DNA of 64,000 bases from Andalucia godoyi And28. Taxonomy: Eukaryota; Protista; Jakobida. Positions 31,344-40,072 of this stretch are shown here, in pieces; within the stretch, counting starts at the first letter, position 1, and the number at the start of each line of letters is the position of its first letter. The stretch spans positions 64,162-128,161 of the forward strand of contig VRVR01000039.1 of assembly GCA_009859145.1 (NCBI GenBank). Reading direction: 5' to 3'. Position numbers and translations under genes: made by a program. A model generated the notes under the pieces. That model did not search any database. It saw only the letters and a program-made list of their open reading frames with translations, and had not been told where the DNA came from.

Positions 31344-33431
31344 ATGTTGCGTGAGCCTGACGCTTGTTTAATGTCGCACAGAGCTTCTTTTGGTGGTGGT
31401 GGTACCCCAGAAATGTGGAGTGTGTTTCTGCGGGACACGCTGTGCGAAGCGAGTGGGCCTGCAGCATCCAGGATGGGGTCTCTGCATCGGGCTCTTGCTT
31501 CAACATACAAGACGAGCTTTCAGCACCAGCACTTTGTGTTCCGCGCGACTGCTTCGGCGCCGCGACACGTGGAGGAGCTTGCGTGGGCGCGGAATCTACA
31601 GCCGATCGATGTCCGGTTCCTGCTGCGATACGACGGAAAGCGCATTCCTGTGTTCCGAACGAATGACGGACGGGTGTATGTGCAAGAGCAAAGAATCTTG
31701 AAGGATCTGTGCGACTCTGTGGTGGAAATTGCGTGCGGGGCAGCGCACTTGCTGTGTCGAACGGGAGAAGGAAGAGTGTTCGCAGCCGGCAATACACGCA
31801 AAGGGCAGTGTGGGCACTATGGGTCGGTGGGCTTCATTCCGTTTTCACGAGCCCAGGAAGTCCATATCCCATATGGAAGTGGAGAACGGGCGGTGCAGAT
31901 CGCGGCCGCAGGGGACTCGTCCATGGTCCTGCTAAACTCTGGACGCGTGTTTGTGTTTGGCTGCAACGAGCATTGCCAGCTGGGCAATTCCTCTCTGGAC
32001 GCTATCGAGCAGCCGCTGTTGCTGTGCGAGGGAATCGAGAACTTTCCAAAGATGGATTCAATTCACCTCTCAGGGACACACGCAGTGCTGCTCAGCAAAT
32101 CAGAGCCGTCAAAATTCATTTCGTTTGGAGCAAACCAACAAGGAGAATGTGTTGTCAGCAATGCAAGAACTGTTGAATTCTCGCCGGAGTGGAAATCCGC
32201 TTCACTAACCGTGTCGCCCTCCTCCTCCTCCTCCTCTCCCTCCTCTGCACCGCTGACTAGTAAGATTCAACGAGTGCTCCTGTATCCTGGTGGAACCAAG
32301 CTCCTGATGAAACATACATCGTCCCACAACAGCTCTAGCACTGCTTTGCAAAACACATCATTCACAACGATCAAGCTAGGGAATGCGGTTGCTTCGAGCT
32401 CGGGATTCTGGGACTATGCTTCCCAAATCGGCATCCACTTTGACCGAACGATGCCGGAGAACTTGACGTTCTTCAATCTCTTCAATGACTCCTTGCCATA
32501 CTGGTGCCAGTGTGCGCTGAAATCCATTTTGTCCTTGGATTCAGACCATTCCACCAGTAGAGAAAAGTCATTTGCAAGGCTGTCTTGCGTATGCTGCTCG
32601 TCGGATGAGCTCATTGTCATTCTCTCGAACTCTATCTGCGTGGAGTCCCATTTTCCTGTCCTGTCCGAGGACCAAGCTGCCAGCACAAACGATACACTCG
32701 TTGCTGCATCGCTCACGCTGCGCATTTCCTCGGATCCCATCCTCGTTGGATTCGCAAACCTTTTGGATGCCACTACACGGTTGTCGTTCAGCGACGGCAC
32801 AACGGCGGTCATCCATCGGACGGAATTTGTCTCCATTCTGGTTCATTCAAGAGCGCTTGCAACGTTTCTGTTGCTGCCGCGGAGTACACTCGATATTATG
32901 ATTGATTTTGTATCTGGGCCTGCTTTTCGCGCAGTTGTGGCGTTCTTGATGGGAAGACTGTGCCGTCGAAGCCCTGGAAAGGGTCTCTGGAATCACGTTC
33001 TGTACACGGAAACAGCAAGCCGAAGTGCGGACAGCGATGTCGCCAACGGCTGCTTGGGAATGATTGACTACACCACGGTCGTGGATGTCCTTGTGCTGTG
33101 CGAAATGTTCGAATTACCGCTCTTGCGCTCGCTTTGCGAAGATGTGCTATTCTCCCTCCTTCGCTACGAGGACGGTCAGACTCTCAAGCGAATGGACGGC
33201 GGTTCGATGGAGCAGCTCTTTGGATTATTCTGGGACTTCTCCTGCTCACAGTGCCTCAGTCTCCTAGTCCCCGGGTGCAGCATTCCGGGGCTGAGCAGCG
33301 TTGCCGATCCTCGCTCTTCATCGTGTTGCGACTCTCCGTCCAGCACGAACCTGTCGCGAAATGGAGCGGCGCCAAAATCGAAGAAGCCTTTTTGGAAACG
33401 GGCGCTCCGTTTCCTCTGGTGCGTAAAGTAA
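31344..33431 (+). CDS. RCC1-repeat + BTB-like protein
   Basis: RCC1 repeats (IACGAAHLLCRTGEGRVFAAGNTRKGQCG; IAAAGDSSMVLLNSGRVFVFGCNEHCQLG) and a BTB-like C-terminus (VIHRTEFVSILVHSRAL...FRAVVAFL; VLVLCEMFELPLLRSLCE); start at 31344 or 31371 uncertain. Confidence 0.75.
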   Translation: MLREPDACLMSHRASFGGGGTPEMWSVFLRDTLCEASGPAASRMGSLHRALASTYKTSFQHQHFVFRATASAPRHVEELAWARNLQPIDVRFLLRYDGKRIPVFRTNDGRVYVQEQRILKDLCDSVVEIACGAAHLLCRTGEGRVFAAGNTRKGQCGHYGSVGFIPFSRAQEVHIPYGSGERAVQIAAAGDSSMVLLNSGRVFVFGCNEHCQLGNSSLDAIEQPLLLCEGIENFPKMDSIHLSGTHAVLLSKSEPSKFISFGANQQGECVVSNARTVEFSPEWKSASLTVSPSSSSSSPSSAPLTSKIQRVLLYPGGTKLLMKHTSSHNSSSTALQNTSFTTIKLGNAVASSSGFWDYASQIGIHFDRTMPENLTFFNLFNDSLPYWCQCALKSILSLDSDHSTSREKSFARLSCVCCSSDELIVILSNSICVESHFPVLSEDQAASTNDTLVAASLTLRISSDPILVGFANLLDATTRLSFSDGTTAVIHRTEFVSILVHSRALATFLLLPRSTLDIMIDFVSGPAFRAVVAFLMGRLCRRSPGKGLWNHVLYTETASRSADSDVANGCLGMIDYTTVVDVLVLCEMFELPLLRSLCEDVLFSLLRYEDGQTLKRMDGGSMEQLFGLFWDFSCSQCLSLLVPGCSIPGLSSVADPRSSSCCDSPSSTNLSRNGAAPKSKKPFWKRALRFLWCVK

Positions 33432-33635
33432 AAAAAAAGACATTATTATCGTTATACTGCGTTGAATGAGCAGCAGAAGTGGAAAGTAGAGTAACGGCAG
33501 GCTTCTCTGCTGTTCGGGACGGGCTTCGCATGCTGTTAAAAAGGTGTAATGTCAAACGTGGTGATGCAGGACATGCGCATCCAGGAACTTTACAAAGAAA
33601 AAACACAGGATCTTGGTGTGAAAAGCCAGCGTACA

Positions 33636-35021
33636 CTAGCCAGGAACTCCGGCGGCTTTGCTGCGAACATTCGCGAACGCAGTGTCGCAAGGATCGCGAA
33701 CGGAATGATGCACGTCGACCTGGCGAAGGAACGACCATTCAATGACTTGGGAACCCTTACGGGTCCAGCATTCCGAGTTTCCAGCGATCTTGCGAATAAG
33801 GCTGGAGATCAACAGCGATACTTCTTGAGATTTGTTTGTGATTGGAATGCAGAACCATCTTCTCTGCCGCTGGAAGGTCGCGGCGATATCATCAAGAAGC
33901 AACGCATACGCGTCATCATGGCTGCATGGCCCATGTGATAGCTCACGGACAAAGGGGCTAGCTGGCAGGCGCATCCAGGATTCCAGTACTGAGCCCGAGG
34001 TCGACAGAATAAACACTTCATCTTCCATGGGGCCATTCGCAGCAGCAATCCCGACAGACCATCCAAAGTGAGTGGACAGAAATCCTATCCACTGTTCTAC
34101 AACCGAATAAGGCTGGTCCTCATCGAAAATATCAAGAACCAAACGACTGTGCATGTTGGCCAACAAGCTGGAAACCAGAAATCCTCCCATAGACCTTGCC
34201 TCATCCTCCATGGATGCAGTGTGAAACGCCGCCAGTGCACTCCACATTTCACTCGCTTCCAACAAGGCTGGCATCACAGTACGTCTCTCAACAGTGATGC
34301 TGGTTTCCATCCCGGTTCTCAGCAGCGGATGCAACTTGGAGTACCACAACGCCATGTCGACAAGTTGAAACCACGCGGTGGGATTTCCAGCGAGGTTCAA
34401 TGTCAGCACAACACGCCGACCAACCACCCCTCCTTCCTCCGCCGTCATTCCTTCGCCGGGCTGAGTAGCAGGGCAGGAAGAAATTGTAAAGTACGAGCCC
34501 ATCTGGATCAACGGTTCACAAAACAACCGCCACGCAGCATTTCGCTGAGCAGGGTCATCGATGCCATACGTAGCTGTGTTTTTAGAGAAATGCACTGCAT
34601 GCAGAAACAGGCGTTTCTGAAACATTTCAGACACCCGACGGCCCCAAAACGGGTTCTGGAGCGCGCTTTTCAACAGATGCTCGCACTTCCGCGAGCGCTC
34701 CGCGCCCCGCATGTCGGAGAACTGGCAAACCGGTTGACGGAATAACACCGATGGGAACGGAAAGGGGCCTTCAATCTTCGTTTTCTTGCTATTACGAGGT
34801 GTTATTTCCCACTCGGAACGAAAATCATCGTTCTCCAAGTCGTTTGGACTCTGCATCAACGGATGCTTGGTAGCTGTTTTGACTGGTAATGCGACAGGTA
34901 CAGGTACCGGTTCCTGAATGTTGCGCGCAACGGTTGACGATCTTCTGCGGACAATAGGTCCCGGAATTTTCGTGGACGCATCTGCTATCTTGGTCGATCC
35001 GCTACGCGATGCAGCCTTCAT
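33636..35021 (-). CDS. Hypothetical protein, 461 aa
   Basis: ATG-initiated ORF with a disordered basic N-terminus and globular C-terminus; no family recognised. Confidence 0.7.
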   Translation of the reverse strand: MKAASRSGSTKIADASTKIPGPIVRRRSSTVARNIQEPVPVPVALPVKTATKHPLMQSPNDLENDDFRSEWEITPRNSKKTKIEGPFPFPSVLFRQPVCQFSDMRGAERSRKCEHLLKSALQNPFWGRRVSEMFQKRLFLHAVHFSKNTATYGIDDPAQRNAAWRLFCEPLIQMGSYFTISSCPATQPGEGMTAEEGGVVGRRVVLTLNLAGNPTAWFQLVDMALWYSKLHPLLRTGMETSITVERRTVMPALLEASEMWSALAAFHTASMEDEARSMGGFLVSSLLANMHSRLVLDIFDEDQPYSVVEQWIGFLSTHFGWSVGIAAANGPMEDEVFILSTSGSVLESWMRLPASPFVRELSHGPCSHDDAYALLLDDIAATFQRQRRWFCIPITNKSQEVSLLISSLIRKIAGNSECWTRKGSQVIEWSFLRQVDVHHSVRDPCDTAFANVRSKAAGVPG

Positions 35022-35364
35022 TGCAAATTCCGTGCGTCGTGCTCTGTTGATGCCGTTCGTTTGCGCACTCGTAGAGCTGACAGTATTATATGCACATTAA
35101 GCTCTCAATGCCTTGTTGTTGTTTTTTGTTTTGATGGTTCGGGGAATTCGTAGGAACAGCACGTGATGCTTACGACTGACGCTTCTTCCTCCTTCTGCGT
35201 CGTGTAAGTGTGTTCTTGGGATATATCACCTGAAGTAACAAGCTGTCTGTTTGTTGCACTCCGCACCCCGCGCAGCGTCCATGACCGGTCACCGGTGGCC
35301 CAGAGACCAGAGACCGGAGACCATGCAGTAGAAGCTATAAAAGAACGGGGGTTTTACGATGTTT

Positions 35365-36714
35365 CTAACTTACACTGCTGTCCTCGCTTTCCATTCCCAA
35401 AGGAGTGATTCCGTTGGCACGAGCGACTTCCAGGGCTTTGAGGAACAGCTTCTTGGCCAATTCGCTTGGCGGTGTCACGTCCTTGACTCCAAACACACGC
35501 TTCTTCCCACTTCTCTTCTCTTCGAGCGCTGCCTTGTACGGCGGATTCGTGGGAGGAGCCACAACTCCGATGTCTCGTTTAACCTTTTTCGCTCGCCTCT
35601 CGGATGCCTCGCTGTCTCTTTGAGCATCTCGCATCATCACCACCTCCTCCCCCTTCTCCCTCTCTTCCTCCTCTGCCTCTGCCGCACCCCACTTGTTCTG
35701 CTTCTCGTCCTGTTCTGCACCTCCGGTCGCTGCAATTTCCGCATGATCTGCGTCATCATCACTCAAGTCGTAGTTGGCATCTGCATCGTAGGAGTTCAAA
35801 TCTCCACACGACACGAACGGCACAAATTCACCCTTTGCGCACTCCGGAATAGGACGAAACCCTTGGCATACGACGAACGACTCTGCAGACGAGTTTCGCG
35901 ACGCCCGCGGCTTTGCAACGGTGACACGCCGAAACTGCATGCGAAGCTGTTGGACCATCAGTTCTGTATCTCTTCCTCTGAACATCTTCGCCACGAAAGT
36001 TCCGTTTGGCCTAAGGATTCGCTCTGTAATGACCATGGCAGCACGGATCAGCTGGGCCTGCATGAACTCATCCAAGTCGTGCATGCCAGTCACATCAGGT
36101 GCACCATCGCACACAACCAAGTCTGCGGGATGTCCGCCCATAGACGTAATCACTACCTGTGCAGTCTCCTCCCGCGTAATATCCCCTTGAAGCAGCAACA
36201 CCCCTGGAATCGGCGCCATTTCCTGCAGATCAATCGCAACAATCGAGTAAGTCGTGTCAATCTTGCTACTTACATCTGCGGCATTCGTCAGCGTCACCTG
36301 CAACGACTCGCTCTTTCGATTTGGCCAATTCGCAGCCTTGGAAGCCGGGTTTGCGGTATGATACGCCAGCAACCGCGACTTGCAGTGCGACTCGGCAGTC
36401 AGCGGATTGACCACGTCGGATGTACACGGGCTATTGATCATCATCGTCATCATTGGCTGTTTATGCCCGTGCTCGGACCCACGCTCGGAGCAAGATGGAT
36501 ACCGATCTCCAAATACGGAACATGGGATCCGCTGCGAGAGCACTTGCGACCACGAACCTGGCGCCGCACACAGGTCGACAGCACGCTCGACATTCTCAAA
36601 AATGTGGAACTGTGCATCGATTTGCAGCAGTTTGTACGCGGATCGGGCTCGCCATCCCTGTTCCTTGGCCTTCCGGTAGTAAATATCTCGCTTTTCCTTG
36701 GACGATTTTCCCAT
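35365..36714 (-). CDS. TRM7: tRNA (Cm32/Gm34) 2'-O-methyltransferase Trm7/FTSJ1
   Basis: [96 protein letters not shown]. Confidence 0.97.
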   Translation of the reverse strand: MGKSSKEKRDIYYRKAKEQGWRARSAYKLLQIDAQFHIFENVERAVDLCAAPGSWSQVLSQRIPCSVFGDRYPSCSERGSEHGHKQPMMTMMINSPCTSDVVNPLTAESHCKSRLLAYHTANPASKAANWPNRKSESLQVTLTNAADVSSKIDTTYSIVAIDLQEMAPIPGVLLLQGDITREETAQVVITSMGGHPADLVVCDGAPDVTGMHDLDEFMQAQLIRAAMVITERILRPNGTFVAKMFRGRDTELMVQQLRMQFRRVTVAKPRASRNSSAESFVVCQGFRPIPECAKGEFVPFVSCGDLNSYDADANYDLSDDDADHAEIAATGGAEQDEKQNKWGAAEAEEEEREKGEEVVMMRDAQRDSEASERRAKKVKRDIGVVAPPTNPPYKAALEEKRSGKKRVFGVKDVTPPSELAKKLFLKALEVARANGITPLGMESEDSSVS

Positions 36715-36917
36715 ATGTACGACACCTTATACGACAAGGCCCTTTCCCTTTTATTGTGAATCTCTCGATGAAACACGAACCGCATGAGAAGGACGACACT
36801 GGAAAGCGAAATTTTCACAGGACTTTGTTGCAGCACTACAGTCCGCAGACTGCAGATTGGACAGGACAGCGCACAGCGGACTGGACGAGAGAGAGAGATT
36901 GCAGGCGTCATAAGCAT

Positions 36918-37940
36918 TCAAAAGAGGAAAGAAGGATCTCGGGAGGCCATTTCTCGGACAAAGGCCTTCATTTCTCGGTTTCCGACGCCCTCGGGAACAA
37001 ACCCACGCGCGATTTCCCAAGATCGGTGTGCGATGTCATTGTCCGGATGAATGATGGAAGCGGCGGAGGCGGGGGATGGAGTGGCTTGAGGTTTGCAGGC
37101 TGCCGAGTACGCCTTGATTTGTGTTTCACAAGCCCGGACAAGCAAATGCATGTACAACAGCGCCTCACCAACGGACCGGCCCATGGTTACCGGACCGTGG
37201 TTTTGCAGCAAGACTGCAAACCGGTCTGTGCTCTCGGCAGCGGCCACAAGTCTTTTGCGCTCTTCTTCACGAATGGCTATGCCCTCATAGGCATGGTACC
37301 CTACACTGCCCACAATGTGGATCGACTGCGTAAGAGTCTGGTCGACCCCGGACTCCAGGCAACTCACCGCCACTGCATTAGGTTCATGGCAGTGCATCAC
37401 ACACGCCACGTCCAGCCGAGACTCGTGCAGCGCCGAGTGAATGACATACCCAGCCTTGTTGATCGATGCGCGTGCACCCATCGTCGACCCGCCATCCACG
37501 ATGCGGCCGTCTGCGGCATCGATCACCACGAGATTCGACGCACTGATTTCCGAATACAGCAGCCCGAATGCATTGATCAAGATGTGTGTGGTGGGATGAG
37601 GGGGCGGCAACCGCGCAGTCAAGTGGCCGTAAATCGTGTCGTCCCATGCCCACTCGTGAAACAGCCGGTAGCAACACGCCAGCTCTGATCGGATCTTGCG
37701 CTCGGGTGACAGTCCATCCCAAAAGGCATCGAAATTCGATATCTTCACAGCGTAGTATTGGAACAACGGAACCTTGGACAGGGGGAAATCCACTGAAAAT
37801 GCGTAGTTGGAAGGCTGGGCACAAAGATGAAATGCTCGCTGCGATCTGTTCAGCACCGTCTCTAGCAGTTCTCCAACAGTGCCCGTCTCATGTCCGTGAA
37901 ACACATGCGACTGCCCTCCGAAATCTGTCACAAACATCAT
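36918..37940 (-). CDS. Class II aldolase/adducin-family protein with an N-terminal ubiquitin-like extension
   Basis: RSELACCYRLF...YGHLTAR, INAFGLLYSEISASNLV, GYVIHSALH...VMHCH, LLQNHGPVTMG (Zn-binding His residues intact); ATG at 37940; the upstream ORF-track extension is microsatellite-derived. Confidence 0.88.
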   Translation of the reverse strand: MMFVTDFGGQSHVFHGHETGTVGELLETVLNRSQRAFHLCAQPSNYAFSVDFPLSKVPLFQYYAVKISNFDAFWDGLSPERKIRSELACCYRLFHEWAWDDTIYGHLTARLPPPHPTTHILINAFGLLYSEISASNLVVIDAADGRIVDGGSTMGARASINKAGYVIHSALHESRLDVACVMHCHEPNAVAVSCLESGVDQTLTQSIHIVGSVGYHAYEGIAIREEERKRLVAAAESTDRFAVLLQNHGPVTMGRSVGEALLYMHLLVRACETQIKAYSAACKPQATPSPASAASIIHPDNDIAHRSWEIARGFVPEGVGNREMKAFVREMASRDPSFLF

Positions 37941-38247
37941 CTCGCCTTCTTTTTCTCCGCAGTCCGTCGCCTCGCAGTTCCCACCGTGTTCTCCCAAAAA
38001 GTCTCTTAATTTCGATGCAAGATTCCCCTTGAACGTGACTGCGCCACCACCTCCTCCTCCTCCTCCACCAAATAATACATAATAACAACAACAACAACAA
38101 CAACAGCAACAACAAGACGGAATCACTGTAAGTGTACAGTGGCTGTCTCTCACCGCAACTGGCGCAGAACGGGGTGACGGGGGAAAATAAGGCTGATCGT
38201 ACGAAGCTCTCGGGTCTCTCCTTGTCTTAGAAGGCCGAGCATCGAGA

Positions 38248-38709
38248 ATGGACATCCTAAGAGACGCAGGAGCTGTTGATGATGATGATGGACCGGAATG
38301 GATGGATATTGGGCATGTGTCGCAGCTTCCGCGCGGCAGCAAAGCAGTGATTGACATTTACGGCCAGTCTGTTCTTGTTGTTCATTCGCTGCAAGGCGTG
38401 TTCTTTGCGCTTTCGAACCGGTGCTATCACATGGGCGGGCCATTAGACCAAGGGATCGTCTTGGAGTCTGGTTCGCGACCGGGCCCTGCAGACGCAGGTC
38501 TCCCGGAGCCGTGCGTCGAGTGTCCGTGGCACAAGTACATCGTCGGCGGCATCACTGGCCATTCGTATCTTGCGACGCCGGACGCCGGCTGGAAAGACAA
38601 GGGCAAAAGACAGGCTGTGTTTCAAGTCAGGGTCGTCAAGAATCGAATCATGGTGTGCAAGGAAGAAACCGTCGCACAAGGCGAGCGACCGGGAAACTTT
38701 CAATGGTGA
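38248..38709 (+). CDS. RFESD: Rieske [2Fe-2S] domain protein (RFESD-like)
   Basis: ALSNRCYHMGGPL...CVECPWHKY, i.e. CxH...CxxH ligands in the RFESD-type context. Confidence 0.85.
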   Translation: MDILRDAGAVDDDDGPEWMDIGHVSQLPRGSKAVIDIYGQSVLVVHSLQGVFFALSNRCYHMGGPLDQGIVLESGSRPGPADAGLPEPCVECPWHKYIVGGITGHSYLATPDAGWKDKGKRQAVFQVRVVKNRIMVCKEETVAQGERPGNFQW

Positions 38710-38720
38710 TCTCGCCCGGT

Positions 38721-38766
38721 CTCTCCTTTCTCCTTTCTCCTTTCTCTTTTCTCCTTTCTCCTTTCT
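38721..38766. repeat. (TTTCTCC)-type heptamer repeat between convergent stop codons
   Basis: About 6 imperfect copies read directly. Confidence 0.85.
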
Positions 38767-38792
38767 ATTCATTTTAAATTAACTGTTGCTTT

Positions 38793-39521
38793 TTACAACC
38801 TGTCCAATGCCGAGGTGGGTGGTGGTGCTGGATGGATGGAGGAAACGTGCTCGATATTCTGCGTTGGTCTTCTGCATTTTCGCAGATGTTCTCTCGCAAT
38901 CTTCAGTTCTCGGAAGGGCTCTCCGCACCGAAAACACTCGAATTCCTTGTTTCCATGCACCAGGCCTTCGACGACCGTGGCGTAATTGATAAGACTGTCG
39001 CCAGCACGCAGCATTTCGATGATGATTTGCGGATGCACGAGAAATGCCGTTGCAAAAGAGTTGAAGTGGTTTCCTGTCTTGAGACACGGCGAGTCAAAAT
39101 CAGCGCTGATGACGTGCAGATGAATGGGTCTCATGGACGGAATCGCATGGAACCCCACGCGGAATCCCGCTTGTGCTGAGGCCTTGACCTGTGCATTCAC
39201 ACCCTCCAGTCCAGCAAACTCGGGACTTTCAAAGAAGCCAACGAGTCGCCTCGCAAGCCCAAGCATGCTCTCCAGAAACGGAATATCGGCTTTGCTGAGA
39301 CTCTGCATCCCATGATGATGAGCCCGCGGCTGAACAGGAACAATCAGCAAGTGAATCCGAGACTTTGGAAAACCGTCATAGATCACTCGGAATGCCCCGT
39401 CTTCAAAGTACACCTGGCTTGGATGCGGTCGGTACAGTGCTTGGCCCCATGAGACCCCCGGCGCAAACGGCGGCTTCTCTCCTTTCCACGAGTTTGGAAC
39501 GTGCGCATATGCAGGAAACAT
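38793..39521 (-). CDS. APTX: Aprataxin-like HIT protein (HIT + Zn finger, no FHA domain)
   Basis: DGFPKSRIHLLIVP, GFHAIPSMRPIHLHVISADFDSPCLK...HFNSF, C-terminal CxxC...HxxxC. Confidence 0.92.
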   Translation of the reverse strand: MFPAYAHVPNSWKGEKPPFAPGVSWGQALYRPHPSQVYFEDGAFRVIYDGFPKSRIHLLIVPVQPRAHHHGMQSLSKADIPFLESMLGLARRLVGFFESPEFAGLEGVNAQVKASAQAGFRVGFHAIPSMRPIHLHVISADFDSPCLKTGNHFNSFATAFLVHPQIIIEMLRAGDSLINYATVVEGLVHGNKEFECFRCGEPFRELKIAREHLRKCRRPTQNIEHVSSIHPAPPPTSALDRL

Positions 39522-39692
39522 TGCCCTTGTGCGCCGTGGTCTTTTTCCTTTTTTTTTTTTTAGTTAATTTTTTATTTAACTTGATTTATAATTTTTTTAA
39601 TATAAAATGTTAGTAAAGGTTTGCGTGATCTTATTGTACAAAGCGCCTTTCCCTCAAGAGTCGAGCAAGAAGATCCGGCAGAGGAGTGATGC

Positions 39693-39745
39693 GGGGGCGG
39701 GGCATTTTTTGGCGCGCAAACCAGGGTGATGTCGTACGCGCCAAA
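39693..39745. promoter_or_regulatory. GC box plus two E2F-consensus sites in the APTX/DTL bidirectional spacer
   Basis: GGGGGCGGGGC (39693-39703), TTTTGGCGCGCAAA (39707-39720), CGCGCCAAA (39737-39745). Confidence 0.55.
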
Positions 39746-40072
39746 TCTGCACGAGCCATTTGAGCTTCCCCCAATCCTTTTTGTTTTTTTCATTGAGTTC
39801 TCTTCGTCTCCTGAATTCGCATCTTGCAATTCACGTGTCTCCGCTCTCTTTTTTCATCATTTATTCATTTATTCATTCAGTCATTCATTTTCCTTCATTT
39901 CATTTTCCTTCTTTTCATTTTCCTTCTTGTTTAATGCTATTATTATTAATTAATTAATTAATTAATTAACTTTGTGTTTTTGTTTTGTTTTGTTTGTTTT
40001 TCCCCTCGTTGTTTTGCACTTCAGTCGTTTCGTTGGGACCGAAGCGCGGATAGAAGTGCAGAAGGGTAAGAA

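Noticed and set aside
33549-33938. Protein-like 129-aa plus ORF
   Set aside because: Mostly in exact antisense register with the 461-aa minus gene; a typical shadow ORF
36244-36525. TRM7 insertion as an intein or intron
   Set aside because: No C-terminal His-Asn or intein blocks, and no donor/acceptor pair that preserves the conserved IVAIDLQ motif
36453-37688. 411-aa plus ORF across TRM7 and the aldolase
   Set aside because: In antisense register with the aldolase; no motifs; explained by TTA/CTA/TCA avoidance
37941-38357. ORF-track N-terminal extension of the aldolase with poly-Cys and poly-Gly
   Set aside because: Derived from (TTG)n and (GGA/GGT)n microsatellites and overlaps the divergent Rieske start
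39100-39140. Aprataxin HIT motif lacking the first His (RPIHLH)
   Set aside because: Loss of this His is common in non-animal aprataxins, so it is not unusual
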